Shown here one piece after another: positions 27,630 through 41,240 of a DNA stretch of 64,000 bases (position 1 is the stretch's first letter; each line of letters begins with the position of its first letter). The notes beneath the pieces were generated by a model. That model made no database searches. It saw only the letters and a list, made by a program, of their open reading frames with translations, and was not told the DNA's origin. This stretch comes from Antedon mediterranea (lineage: Eukaryota; Animalia; Echinodermata). The position numbers and the translations under genes were made by a program. The stretch lies in NCBI RefSeq assembly GCF_964355755.1, contig NC_092678.1, forward strand, positions 14,596,371 to 14,660,370, given 5' to 3'.

Positions 27630-28938
27630 TATTCAAAGTCAAATTCTAAGTCAAATATCAACTGGCTGACTTTGATCATCGCAAGTCTTCTTTTTCTTAA
27701 CGGCAGTGACGAGATGATCGGAATGAGGCTTCTACAATACAAAGACACCTCGTTATCATTGTCTGGTTTTGTGGTCAGCGACATTATCGCTTCATTTGTT
27801 GTTTCCAGGTTTTGTAGTAGAATTGTATTTAGTGGATCCGATGACTGACGCCCCTTTGACCCGTGTCTGTTTTTAGGAGGGGTGCGGGTATTTCAGTAAT
27901 TTTTCGTTTGGCACAAACAATCGGATTGTTAATACTAGTATCACTGGACGTTGATGCAACATCTTCAATGATCGCTGGTTCTGGTTGAAGGTTGCTTTCG
28001 GTGGGTTTGTTAGCTGTGCGGTCATGTAAAAACCCCATTTGCTCGAAATACTTGCACTTTGGCAACAGCGATGCGCCAGCACCAGATCTCGTCAGTTTGG
28101 TTCGCTTGTCTAGGCATTTCTTTAAACTGTCTTTGAGGTTCTTCATTTGCTTCTGCAAGTACTCAACTGAAAACAATTAAAAATGTATTTATTTACATTT
28201 TATTTGTTTAATACTTGAATGATAAAAATGGTTACTTATAGCAGTAAGCTGTCATTTATATACCATTACCAGCTAAATATTAGTATTTATTATTATAATT
28301 CATATTATGGTTCATTTTACTGTTTACAATTTATTACATTTTTGGCCTGGATTATATTGTTTGCATATATATTTTGCAATAAATATTGAAGAAATTTCAC
28401 ACAAAAAAACATCATTAAAATGAGTTCTAGGACGGGTGGAATAGCAAATGTTTACTCTGTACCCCGACCGAGGGCCTTTTTGGCGGCCCCCTGGCCCCCA
28501 GCCAACAATGGTGCTCGCTGCGCTCGCAACCTGACCACGCTACGGCCCTGATTAACCATCGTTTTCATATTAATCACAGACTGATATTTTTATTTACGAA
28601 ACTAAAATTATAGAACAGTAGTATACCTAGGCCTAGCCTAGTACTACTTATCGTCTTTGTTAAAGAGTTGCCCTATTTTCACCCAGGCAGTTTGTTTCAT
28701 TGGTCTGTTCTTATAGCCCTCATAGTGAGTGTCGAACCCAGAGACATCTATATTTTCTGACCACTTCCAAGAACAGTTCCTTGTCAAATTCTAGTGCAAA
28801 ATTTGGCTCTTCGATGTTTTCCTCGATGTTTTCCTCGATATCAGTAGCATCAATTGTACTATTATAAATTGAACTAGTAGTACTAGGCCTAGGCCTAGTA
28901 TCACCGAACCACGACATATTATTATGATTTTCATCCAT
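27630..28938 (-). pseudogene. Harbinger MADF/Myb-SANT DNA-binding protein, two exons (~28938-28650 and 28166-~27630), disrupted
   Basis: FLEVVRKYRCLW..YKNR..K..AW / KNLKD..RSGAGA..KYFEQMGFL MADF pattern; TTTTCAG acceptor; in-frame stop and frameshift. Confidence 0.8.
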
Positions 28939-29199
28939 TTTGTTCTCGGGGTCTGGTCAGGTTACAAGTATGACGTCGAAATTTCTATCGATTTGATTGG
29001 ATTGCGCTTTATTTCGCTGCGACGATCAACGAACAAGTTAAAACTGGTCGAACTCACTTTTTCGTCGCGGCGAAAAATTGCGAGCTGCTAGAGCGATGCA
29101 GCGAAGGTGACGTTTCAAGGAAAAAACAAACAGCGCATGCGTATCCTCGAAATAATTGGCGTCGCACGAATAAATTCGTCTAGTGTAAAATAGGCTTTA

Positions 29200-29432
29200 G
29201 ATGCAAGTACGGATGCTTTTGCAACTATTACAACAACTAGACATGGACTCGTCACTTGAGGATGAGTTTGGTTATCTTGCGTATTCAAGTACTCATTCAA
29301 AGTTAAAACTGCCATTTCAGTGCAATAACCAAATACATCATTTTATGTAATTGTTTTCCCGTGACGGGATTCGATCCCGGTACCTCTGATACCAAAGTTG
29401 GTTGCACTACACATCGAGCCATATGAGCACCT
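29200..29432 (-). mobile_element. tRNA-derived SINE head (body probably continues left of the Harbinger)
   Basis: Minus strand TGGCTCGATGTGTAG..CCGGGATCGAATCCCG. Confidence 0.55.
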
Positions 29433-31004
29433 GCCGAAGAAAATCCAAAGAAAGATGCCTCGTTCATTCGATATGTCGTGAACCCCTCGATGCAAATTGA
29501 TTATTACATACCAACCTATGATTCATACACTGCAAGAAAATAAAATGTGGGTGGGAAGTTTCTAAACGCTTGAAATGACCTGAAACGGGCTCTAATTTAA
29601 TCAGAAATTGATTTGAAGCATTTTAAAATTCCTAACAACGCCGTTTACGCGCACACTTTCTAATGTTACATGCCATTTTTAATCCATAGAAAGTTAGCGT
29701 ATGATATAAATTAAACTTTGGCTAAGTTTCAATTAAACATGTTATTTGGTTTTTGACCTATGTTAAATACGCGAAATTCATAAAATCGCCCGAAAGTCAC
29801 GTTGCGCAATTGCAAACGTCGTGAAAACCGTCGCTGCACAACTTCACGTGAATGGTGATATGTTGAGAAACGTTATGTTTGCAAGTTTTAGAGATACGCG
29901 TGACAAAAAAATTACAGAAAGAAGAATAGGGGGAAAAAATATGATTTCGTACAATCACAAGGGGTTATCCAGCAACTTCATTGCGGATAACCAATGATAC
30001 TGCAACTTTTAACTCAAGTATCTTGGCTGATGGGGACATTTGTCCCAATCCAGGACCAATTAAAAACCCATGCAATACCTGCTAGAGACTTGTTGCGAAA
30101 AATAACCGAACTTTCCATTGTCAGGTATGTGAACACGACTGCTACATTAAGTGTGGCCATTTTCCAGCCAAACATTTTCTCACACAAATAAACGTTAACT
30201 TTATCTGCCCTAAAGGTGTTTTTGATCAACTTCCTAGGTATTTTGACGACGTTCATGTAAGAGGTCAATCTGTTGATCCAAAAATCATAAAATGTTCCAA
30301 TATTAACTCGTTTAAATTTAATTTAAAAAAAAACACATTTTATCGTAATTGTCTAATTGAAATTTGTTTTTATATAATTATTTTTTTAGATAATTGTTTT
30401 AAATTTAAATGTATATAGTAGATTCGTATTAGTTAAGTAAAGTTTTATATATTTTGTCATTTTTAAGAGGTCCCATGGATATCAACTCTCCCCCCTCCCC
30501 CCTCCAAAGCAAAGGGAAGTATGGGACAACATGATAGCTTGAGTAATCAAGCAAAACGTGTTTTTGTGCCAGCCGTTCTTAATGGTCAAATGTATTTATA
30601 TAGGCATATGTGATTAATATAGGTAAATAATAGACTATTCTAGGTATATTATTTAAAAAATTAAAAAAGTGATATTTTAGCTCAAAATTTCCCATACTTC
30701 CTTCTGCTTTGGTATTATAAGTGCATGATATAGGAAAAAAAACATATTGAAATGAAGCAAATCCACAATTATAGTAAATCAATGGTCACATGGAAAATAC
30801 AATATAAATTAATGGTAAGCAGCATTCACTACATTAAATTATTACTAAAAACCAGTATTTTGTAGCAAAAAATACAAAAATGTATTCATTTATTCATTAA
30901 TCAATTATTGAGACAAATAGAATCGTTGAAAAATACACATTGTCCTCTAAATACATCATAATTGATGTATTTTCAGTGAATATATTGAGTTCAGATTGTT
31001 TATT

Positions 31005-32600
31005 TTATTGGTTATCTATCAAGTCTAGTGATGAGTCATTTACTGGCAACCGTTTCCAAAATGAATGTCGATTTGCTGGCATGAATCGGCAGAGGTTTGT
31101 CAAAATGTCATTTTTCTTTTTGTCTTGGATGCCTCTTGGTGATTGAAGGCAAGAAAACGGAACTGATTCCACTGATTTCTCGATTCTCTCGGCAATTTTC
31201 TTTTTCAAGAATAACCCAGACTGGTAATGTGTGTCGTCGAGTGAGGTTTTCCAGTGTAACATCATTGAACCTTTGATGAACTTCGCTTCCTGTATGGTAC
31301 ATAAAAGAGGTTTATGGGTATATTTTCCCTGGCTTACACCATTCATAAATATAAAAACATCTCCATATTCCAGTTTAGTTGCTGTGCGTCCTCGTGTGTT
31401 GATCACATACACAAAGTCTTTGCCATCATATTCTTTCACTCACGCATTCCTTTCTCCACTTGGGAATGAAAAGAATCTGCCGACATAAATGTATGTCCCT
31501 TCTCCAGATATCGAAAGATGATTTCATCTGGTCTTCCCTCTGTATTTACCTTAGCTAACATAGCAGTATAAATTGTCCAATTCTTATTTTGGGCACTGCA
31601 GTTATCCATATAAAACAAGAACCTTGTGCGATCTCGAAGCTCTGGGTGGTCTATGCATATGCGCTTGCCACATCTTCTGAATTTCTTCCACAAAGAGACT
31701 CATCCCATATTACACCAATAATGGGATCATTGGTGCACTTCTTTCCAACAATAGGTGCGAATGTCATATGAAATTGTATTAGCCTACGCGTAAAAACACA
31801 GGATTTAACACCAGGCATTCTAGGCAGCATTATCACTTTCTGTAAATCGACAGAACATACTGCTTCACTGTCTTCGCGTGGTCTTTCTTTCTCTTGTGAA
31901 TACCATTTTCTAGCAACCTTCGCTCTTTCTACATGTATCTTCCACATGCTGCACACTGGACAGTTTGGATCCTCACCATCATGGGATGCGTTGTCTTTAT
32001 GATGGTCAAACTCCAGGCATACCTCGCACTCTTCCTCTCCTAATTTTGCAAAACTAATGTTAATGCCTTTCAATGTTCTCCTATAAAATTCTAGGCCACA
32101 TACATTTGGGTGCTTCGCATTTAAATCATCATACATGTTGCACATCTTCAACTCAGGTGGCAAATACCTTCGAATAGGCGCATGTTCACGTCTGGGTTAT
32201 GAGATAGTATATGATCCTTCACGAGGTTGACACCGCTACTATCAATCTTATTAGATTGTTCATGCTTTCCTCTTCTATCACAGGATGTTGTTATGTCACC
32301 GATAAGTGCGTTGTTGAGTGTTACAGTGATAATTTTGTCAGACTTGTATCCCAATGTGTGCAGGAAAAACACCTTGCAAACAAATACATCGTATCCTTCG
32401 CTGTTGGGAAGCTTGTACACTCTTGTATGCTTACGCCTTCCATGACTCTCAGGCCGTTTATTCATCCGACTAGGCTTTATTACCTTAATGTGAGAATATA
32501 GCCTGCACGTCACATTGAATAAGGCTGTTTCCAAAATTGATGATGGATGTCACTGCGTCTTTCTTCTGGTATTGCCATTAAACATTATTTGGAGCAATTA
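31005..32600 (-). pseudogene. Sola1-type transposase, frameshifted
   Basis: VCKVFFLHTLG, DRRGKH, ECEVC, VDLQKVIMLP, WDESLCGR, DNCSAQNKN and GHTFMSADSFH motifs over four overlapping ORFs. Confidence 0.8.
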
Positions 32601-34444
32601 CATGGAGCCAACATCTGATATTTCAGTGTGTTTCGATCTATCTACTCTGTTTCTTTGGTTGGTTCTTGTGTGTTGCCATCAATTTCATCAATCAATTGAG
32701 CTGGGTGGTCATTTGAAATATCAAATGGTGCTATTTCTACATGAACCTGTTGAATGGCTGTGGTAGGTCCATTAGGTGATTGCTTATTTAATTGAGACGT
32801 ATCCATGTCTATCGTGGAAGAAGTCGGAGAGTTGAAAGAGTATGACTCTGATATTACCGTGCTGTCTTGAGAAATGTTCATGTCTATAGTGGAAACCGGA
32901 GAATGCAACTGTTCATTTCTGGAGGGAACAAAATATTTCAACATTGAGTATCAAATTTGGTTTGGTTGGTTGTCAGTTAATACCACAACTGGTTTAGTAA
33001 AATTTCTCTCCCATTCTGATCCCTTTTGACTCTGAGTAAAACCAGTACCAGCAGTCTCTTCAGTTCATTGCATGGCTAATTTACATTATTATTATCACAT
33101 CTAAACTTGTGTTGATGAAATAGTATACATTTATTATACCACTTGATTACAGGTAACAATTATTTAATTGCATTATTGTTAAAAAACAAAAGAAAAATAT
33201 TTTTTTTTATATAATTAATATAAAAAAACAATTACTCACATCTAGAGAGATGATGAACCGTTTTTCTCAGCAGGCATGTTTTCTTTGTTGAACATTAAGC
33301 GCCGTCTAAACAATAAAAACATTGTTAATTTTGTACAGCCTTTTTAAAATAGCAATACAATATTAATTTCATCAGTAACTTAGTAGGAGTATTGGGTTAA
33401 ATTTAGGGATCGTTGTAGCTTTCATAGAGATAGTAGATACATAGGCCTACTAAATATAAATTCTCTAAAGAAGAGAAACCAATAAATATGAGCTGGGACA
33501 TTTTGATTTGATGGGTAAGCTTGAGGTACATCTGACATTTAATTTGGACAGAGAGAATTTTAAATAAATTATCAGACATGGCAACTATAATTATTAAATT
33601 AATGAATAATGTTTTGACAGTGATAACGAATCATGATCAGTAATATGATAATACCAATTACCTTTTGAGTTGACGGAGATTTGCATATTTTGAGGTTGAA
33701 CGTTTTGGCGTGGTAGGTAGATTGTCATAGTTTGTAGTCAATTTTAGATGTTTGGAAAGTGCTGGATTTGTACCGGCATTGTCAATTCTCTTTACACGGC
33801 TATAAAAATAGAACATAATACAGATGAAAAAATTGAGGACTAAATATTTTTATTTATCTTTAATAATGTATGTTGTCACCGTGTTCATAAATAGGCCTAG
33901 GCCTAGAACAGTTTTTTTTTAAAATTATAACTGGAAAATTGTATGGTAGGCCTATTTTGATTATTCTCATCATAAGTCCATTTTAAAACTTACCTTGTAC
34001 ATGTTGATTCATGATTTGTCGCTATTCCATCTGAAGTCTGAGATTTACTTCCACCTATTACACCCCTGATTAAGAAACATACAATTTAATATATTTTTTT
34101 GTTACCAGGGACCATTTAATTCATTGTCTGTAACAAAAAGACAAGGCTAGCCGACGCCCTATGCTACAAACAATGACAAAAAAAACTGTTTATAACAAAT
34201 TATTCCTAATGCCTTATATGTTAAAAAATAAGTCATTACCTGCTGACATGGTTAAAGCAGGGAGTTGTTCTAATAACAACTCCCTGGTTAAAACATGTAA
34301 GATGAAATAAACATTTCTGACTCTCAAAATAAAAAAACATTATTTGGAACGCGTGTTCTTTATTATCAAAACTCGAAAAAGAACTTGTACGCGTTCGAAA
34401 TATTTTTCTTTCTGAACTGTTTACTTTTATAATTCTACTATTAC

Positions 34445-35139
34445 TTTTTTTTTCTCTTTTGTGGCGTTAACCACTAGTTATTCATTTCATTTCATTAACA
34501 GATTAATACAATTATTTCTAATAATAATATAACTATTCATTGTTATTCTTACTAATTTGTTTGGTTTATATATATATATATATATATTTTTTTTTTTTTT
34601 GGATTTTATCAACGTTACTGTTTTTGGAATCAGAACATTAATATTTCTTTTCTGTTATCCACCTTTTTTCATAATTTTCTAGTATTTTTTTTTGTTCTAT
34701 AATTCTCAACATCTAAAATTGTGAACACTTAACTAAGATACATTTACTAATGTTGTATAGTTATTTTCGGTAGTATTTTTTGACATATAATTCATTTATA
34801 CCCTATATACAGATTATATACATTATTTTAAAATACGAATATGAAAAAAAAAAAAAAAAAAAAAATATTAAAAATGCTTTTCTTACTCCTGTGTCTAGTT
34901 TTATGTCTCATGGTTATATTTGTTTGCTTATCTTCTCGTGCGTTACTTATGTTGCGTTACGTTTCTTTTTTGTTTTCTATATTAATTTATACAATTTTTT
35001 TTTTAAATTGATATTTCATATCAGATAAAATGAAACTGCCTATGTGTATTATACAACATTATTATGCAATATATTTTAAATATTCAGATTCACATCAATA
35101 TAAATTATAATAGGTTGTTAAGGTAAGATCTTTTACTTT
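34445..35139 (-). mobile_element. Tx1/L1 3'-UTR fragment nested in Sola1
   Basis: Minus-strand GTGG..CGCCACAAAAGAG(A)n end matches the tail at 13607-13640; TACTATTACTT direct repeats at ~34436 and ~35140. Confidence 0.6.
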
Positions 35140-35849
35140 TACTATTACTTGATTTATTTTAACCTTAATTGTTATTATCCAACATTTATTTGTAATAACA
35201 TGCCCAAACAATCCTGCAGTAAATACTTATTCCTGCTAAAACTAAAAAGAACTTAAATGCAACTTTGAATTTTACTTACGATTTCTTCAGCAACTTAAAG
35301 ATGCCATCAAAGGTAACATCCCTTGCCATCTTGTCTTGTCGTTAGGCCTATTGTATGTTTAATTAACTTTTAAAAGTTTTTAAATTTTATATTGATTAAA
35401 AAAGGCACAATAATTTGAATAGTGGATCTAAAACTGTATGCTGCTTCCTTCTGCTGTGGTTTAATCAATGGTTTGGAAAAAATATACTTCCCCTAAGACA
35501 GCCATAATACTGCATTCTGTTTGGCTAGCAGTATACAAAGAAAAGAGCTTGTCCCATACTTCCTTTGGCTTGGTTTTATTGTCAAAAAGTGGACATACTC
35601 CCTATTTATGATATTAATAGCTCGCTTAATATAAGGTTTGTGAAAAAAATGTTTAGTTTAAAATGTGCAGAATGATGTCCTGAATCATGTACAACCCATA
35701 ACTCATTTTTCAAATTTTTTTTTACCATACTTCCCTTTGCCTTCGGGGGGGGGGGGAGCGGCAGCGGGTTCAGCTGGAAGAGTTACCCTCTATAAATAAG
35801 GTTGAAATAAAAAAAATCCCTAGCTAGTTTTCACCGAAATAAAAAATAC

Positions 35850-37380
35850 AACCGGGCAATAGCCCATGTTAATATAAACAGCCTGTTTGCAAAAATTGAC
35901 CAACTTCGACTATACTTAGCAAGTCATAGTATAGATATATTTAATATGGCCACGATAACCAAATGCGATGATTCAATTGGAGACAACCAGATCAACATCG
36001 TATTGTATAACCTACATCGTATGGACAGAAATCGTAACGGGGGTGGACTTGTAATGTGTATTTCAGATTTCATTTCCTCTAAAGTAAATCACTATAAAGA
36101 TATTGATATTGAATATATCTCAGTGAACCTCAGAACCAAGCGTGGTAGCACTCTCACTGTCAATACGTCGTACACACTCCCATCAGTCATGGTTTCTTAT
36201 TACGAGGAACTAAGTCAAATCCTTGAATTGTAGGGAGTCCATGGTTGGAGATCTAAATACAAACTTTCTAATCTATCCCCCGAATCATAAACGCTGATGA
36301 ATTTATTTATTTATTTTATATAATTTTTTTACAAAGTTTGAATCGGCATGCACCCATTGTTAGTAGGCGTTTTAGATCCAAACTACTTGCCTGGCTTATT
36401 GATAGGGATGATCTACTTGATCTTATGCACAAAAGAGATCGTGCACGTAGTAAAGAAATGAAAAGTAACTCAGAACGGGACTGGCGATATGCAAAAAAAA
36501 TCAAAAACCAAACGACTAGAGAATTAAGAAATGCCAAATTAACATTTTTCCATGATTTACATTAATACTTCTGCAGGGGATTCTGGTAAGATGTGGGAAA
36601 AGCCTTTGGCAGGTTCTCCCCAAAAAAGTGAAACCCTCTCACCAAAGACCTTAATTAATTAACCAACATTGAAGTAGGCAACCCCTAAATGTTTGCTGAC
36701 GCTTTAACAATGCCTAAAGCTGGACTTATTTTATATATTATTAAATGACTATTTTGTCAATATCGGCCCCACTCGTAAACAGATAAAAGCTCGATCACCT
36801 TCATTGCAACACAAACATCGAGGTAAACCAAAGACAATCACCCGTTTTTAGTTTTCAAACTATTAGTCAGGACAAAGTTGAGGGAGAGTTGCTCAGTGTC
36901 GATCCTAAGAAGGCCACTGGTCCGCACGGAATTGGGGACAAGATCTTGAGACTGGCAGCCAGTTACATATATCATAAATCATTCTATTAAATCAAACAAT
37001 TTACCCCACATCTGGAAACTATCGCATATCACCCCCATACACAAATCTGGTGATATTCAATACCTACTACAGACCTATTTCCATACTGTGTAACTGCTTC
37101 AAAATCCTTGAAAAAAATATTCACACTCAACTTTACAATCACCTCACTGATAATAACCTTCTTTGTTCCAGTCAATCTGGTTTCAGATCCGGCTTCTCCA
37201 CACTTTCAACAGTGACTAACACACTACTTTACTAACGGGTATACTACTAACATCAACCGTGGCTTTCTCACTGCCGTAGTTTTCAATGATCTCCGCAAGG
37301 CTTTTGACCTTGTGGATGACCAACTCCTTGTAAATAAACTCTCTTATTACAACATATCTCCATCATCTTCACAACTTATT
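35850..37380 (+). mobile_element. Highly degenerate CR1/L2-group LINE (EN-RT)
   Basis: DRNRNGGG, HAPI, YRPISIL, QSGFRSGFST and DLRKAFDLV motifs. Confidence 0.8.
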
Positions 37381-37413
37381 GTATAATTTACACAGTGCTA
37401 CGCAACATCATTG

Positions 37414-37448
<35 letters not shown>

Positions 37449-37454
37449 ACTAAA

Positions 37455-37725
37455 TTAACACTTTGGGAGACATGCTATTTTTTTGTATATTTGGGAGACA
37501 ATGACAAAATGGCTGATTATTATACTTTGACATATATTTTACATACACCCTTTCATTTTATTTCATTAAAGGCATGTTACTACATATTTAAAAACAAAAC
37601 AAATTATAATAACAATTAAACTGTAAGATATATATGTTTTAAGTTGTTATTTTTGTCTCCCAACTGTTTTTCAAACTCTGAAATGTACATTTGGGAGACT
37701 TGTCAAGTCTCCCAAGTGTACATAA
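37455..37725. mobile_element. Small MITE-like element
   Basis: ACACTTTGGGAGAC ... GTCTCCCAAGTGT inverted ends with internal TTGGGAGAC repeats. Confidence 0.4.
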
Positions 37726-38520
37726 CATATTACAGTATAAAAATGTCTTATTTACAGATTAAACAGTGCAAAAATAGTACAAAGCTCATTAAAACCATTC
37801 CAATTATTACTATTGATAGGAAAAACCATACCAATGTTAAATTGATGAATAAAAAAATGTTTTTTGTTAATTGTTCAGAAGGGTTTTTAAGAGGGTGGGG
37901 GCATGAAATGCTAACAATAATTAACCCTCGAAATGAAAATCTACAACACGATTAATATCAAGGTGTTAAAAATAAATATGGTACAAATTGTTAAAAATGC
38001 TTTGTAAAGATCATCTTCAGACAACAATTCTACTAAAAATATAAATGTGTTATAATACAGTATTCAAAATAAAAATTCTATTTTTTTGAATAAAAGGAAC
38101 ATTTTATTTCGGATTGTAACCTAGCTGAAAGTTAAACCAGCCCGAATGAATTAGATCAAGCAACAAACTTACTCAAAATAAAGAAGTTCAACAAATTTGC
38201 AATTTCTTTAAAATAGATTTATTAAGAGTCCAAATGCCAAACCTATTCAATTTAACAGAATATCTAAACAATTTTAGCTTGTAAGGTGAAGATTGTACAA
38301 ACAAAGTAATTGTTTTCATATTAAATAGAATAATGTATACATATAATACACAGTAATTATAGTGTAGCAAGTCTCAATAAATTTCATGCTATAATAATAA
38401 TATTTTATTGACATATACAATGTACATCGGCGGCAATCAATTTCATAAGAGCTGCGTCAAAAAAAAAATAAATAAAAATCATTTATGCAAGCATTACATA
38501 TACAATTATGTACAGATAAA

Positions 38521-40695
38521 AATAAATTGCATACTATTATCAGTATTACAGGAAATTGTAATACAGCAATTATATAATTGAATCAGAATAAAATATTGTG
38601 CCATTAGGTAAATTGTTAACACATTGCAGTCTCAATAAATTGCATACTATTATCAATATTACAGGAAATTGTATTACAGTTAAATAATTTAATCAGAATC
38701 AAATCTTGTGCCATTAGGCAAATTGTTAACACATTGCAGTCTCAATAAATTGCATACTATTATCAATATTACAGGAAATTGTATTACAGCAATTATATAA
38801 TTTAATCAGAATCAAATCTTGTGCCATTAGGCAAATTGTTACCACATTGCAGTCTCAATAAATTGCATACTATTATCAATATTACAGGGAATTGTATTAC
38901 AGCAGTTATATAATTTAATCAGAATCAAATCTTGTGCCATTAGGCAAATTGTTAACACATTGCAGTCTCAATAAATTGCATACTATTATCAGTATTACAG
39001 GAAATTGTAATACCGCAATTATATAATTGAATCAGAATCAAATCTTGTGCCATTAGGCAAATTGTTAACACATTGCAGTCTCAATAAATTGCATACTATT
39101 ATCAACATTACAGGAAATTGTAATACAGCAATTATATAATTGAATCAGAATCGAATCTTGTGCCATTAGGCAAATTGTTAACACATTGCAGTCTCAATAA
39201 ATTGCATACTATTATCAGTATTACAGGAAATTGTAATACAGCAATTATATAATTGAATCAGAATCAAATCTTGTGCCATTAGGCAAATTGTTAACACATT
39301 GCAGTCTCAATAAATTGCATACTATTATCAATATTACATGAAATTGTAATACAGCAATAGGTATATAATTGAATCAGAATCAAATCTTGTGCCATTAGGT
39401 AAATTTTTAACACATTGCAGTCTCAATAAATTGCATACTATTATCAATATTACAGGAAATTGTAATACAGCAATTATATAATTGAATCAGAATCAAAACT
39501 TGTGCCATTAGGCAAATTGTTAACACATTGCAGTCTGAATAAATTGCATACTATTATCAATATTACAGGAAATTGTAATACAGCAATTATATAATGTAAT
39601 CAGAATCAAATCTTGTGCCATTAGGCAAATTGTTAACACATTGCAGTCTGAATAAATTGCATACTATTATCAGTATTACAGGAAATTGTAATACAGCAAT
39701 TATATAATTGAATCAGAATCAACACTTGTGCCATTAGGCAAATTGTTAACACATTGCAGTCTGAATAAATTGCATACTATTATCAGTATTACAGGAAATT
39801 GTATTACAGCAGTTATATAATTTAATCAGAATCAAATCTTGTGCCATTAGGCAAATTTTTAACACATTGCAGTCTGAATAAATTGCATACTATTATCAGT
39901 ATTACAGGAAATTGTATTACAGCAGTTATATAATTTAATCAGAATCAAAACTTGTGCCATTAGGCAAATTGTTAACACATTGCAGTCTGAATAAATTGCA
40001 TACTATTATCAATATTACAGGAAATTGTAATACAGCAATTATATAATGTAATCAGAATCAAATCTTGTGCCATTAGGCAAATTGTTAACACATTGCAGTC
40101 TGAATAAATTGCATACTATTATCAGTATTACAGGAAATTGTAATACAGCAATTATATAATTGAATCAGAATCAACACTTGTGCCATTAGGCAAATTGTTA
40201 ACACATTGCAGTCTGAATAAATTGCATACTATTATCAGTATTACAGGAAATTGTATTACAGCAGTTATATAATTTAATCAGAATCAAATCTTGTGCCATT
40301 AGGCAAATTTTTAACACATTGCAGTCTCAATAAATTGCATACTATTATCAATATTACAGGAAATTGTATTACAGCAATTATATAATGTAATCAGAATCAA
40401 ATCTTGTGCCATTAGGCAAATTGTTAACACTTTGCAGTCTCAATAAATTGCATACTATTATCAATATTACAGGGAATTGTATTACAGCAGTTATATAATT
40501 TAATCAGAATCAAATCTTGTGCCATTAGGTAAATTGTTAACACATTGCAGTCTCAATAAATTGCATACTATTATCAATATTACAGGAAATTGTATTACAG
40601 CAATTATATAATGTAATCAGAATCAAATCTTGTGCCAATAGGCAAATTGTTAACACATTGCAGTCTCAATAAATTGCATACTATTATCAATATTA
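38521..40695. repeat. Tandem satellite, 113-bp unit, ~19 copies
   Basis: AATAAATTGCATACTATTATC..TGTGCCATTAGGCAAATTGTTAACACATTGCAGTCTC repeats at 38521, 38634, 38744, 38857 and onward. Confidence 0.97.
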
Positions 40696-40945
40696 ACCGC
40701 CCGGTGATATACTGAAATTTAATTAATTAATTTGAAACGATAAAGATGAGGAAATCTGTACTGTGAGAATGAGAAAAAGTCGCTCCAACCGAGACTCGAA
40801 TATATATATATAAATATATATATCTCGGTTGGGGCGACTTTTTCTCATTCTCACAGATTTCCTCATCTTTATCGTTTCAAATTAATTAATTAAATTTCAG
40901 TATATCACCGTGCGGTTTAGAATTAATGTTCTGTGCCTGATTTGT

Positions 40946-41009
<64 letters not shown>

Positions 41010-41240
41010 CAATATAGATTTATTTTTTACGACATGTTTCGGGCATAGCCCATCTTCATCATCATCATTATATATATATATATAAACAAATCATGCAAAG
41101 AACATTAATTCTAAACCGCCCGGTAATATACTCATGAAATTTAATTAATTAATTTGAAACGATAAAGATGAGGAAATCTGTGAGAATGAGAAAACCGAGA
41201 CTCGAACTCGGACCGCCTGATTGATATGCAGATGTCGTAT
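40696..41240. repeat. Three copies of a ~100-140-bp tRNA-related repeat in alternating orientation, separated by (TA)n
   Basis: 40696-40800 and 40822-40917 are reverse complements; third copy at 41095-41235 extends to a minus-strand B box GAGTTCGAGTC; fragment also at 53340-53410. Confidence 0.8.
41029..41062 (-). ncRNA. Degenerate minimal hammerhead ribozyme
   Basis: Minus strand aUGAAGA-U-GGGC-UAU-GCCC-GAAAC-AU-GUC; first core C and stem I not intact. Confidence 0.5.

Larger units (their letters stand above)
25601..29196. mobile_element. Full-length PIF/Harbinger DNA transposon
   Basis: TIRs AGCCTATTTTACACTAGACGAATTTAT; TSD TTA at 25598-25600 and 29197-29199; two convergent genes. Confidence 0.95.
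30487..35758 (-). mobile_element. Sola1-like DNA transposon
   Basis: Inverted termini (C)n..GCAAAGGGAAGTATGG / CCATACTTCCCTTTGC..(G)n; interrupts a LINE 3' tail; carries a transposase. Confidence 0.8.

Noticed and set aside
38521-40695. CRISPR-like array
   Set aside because: Head-to-tail 113-bp units with no unique spacers, no cas genes, eukaryotic context
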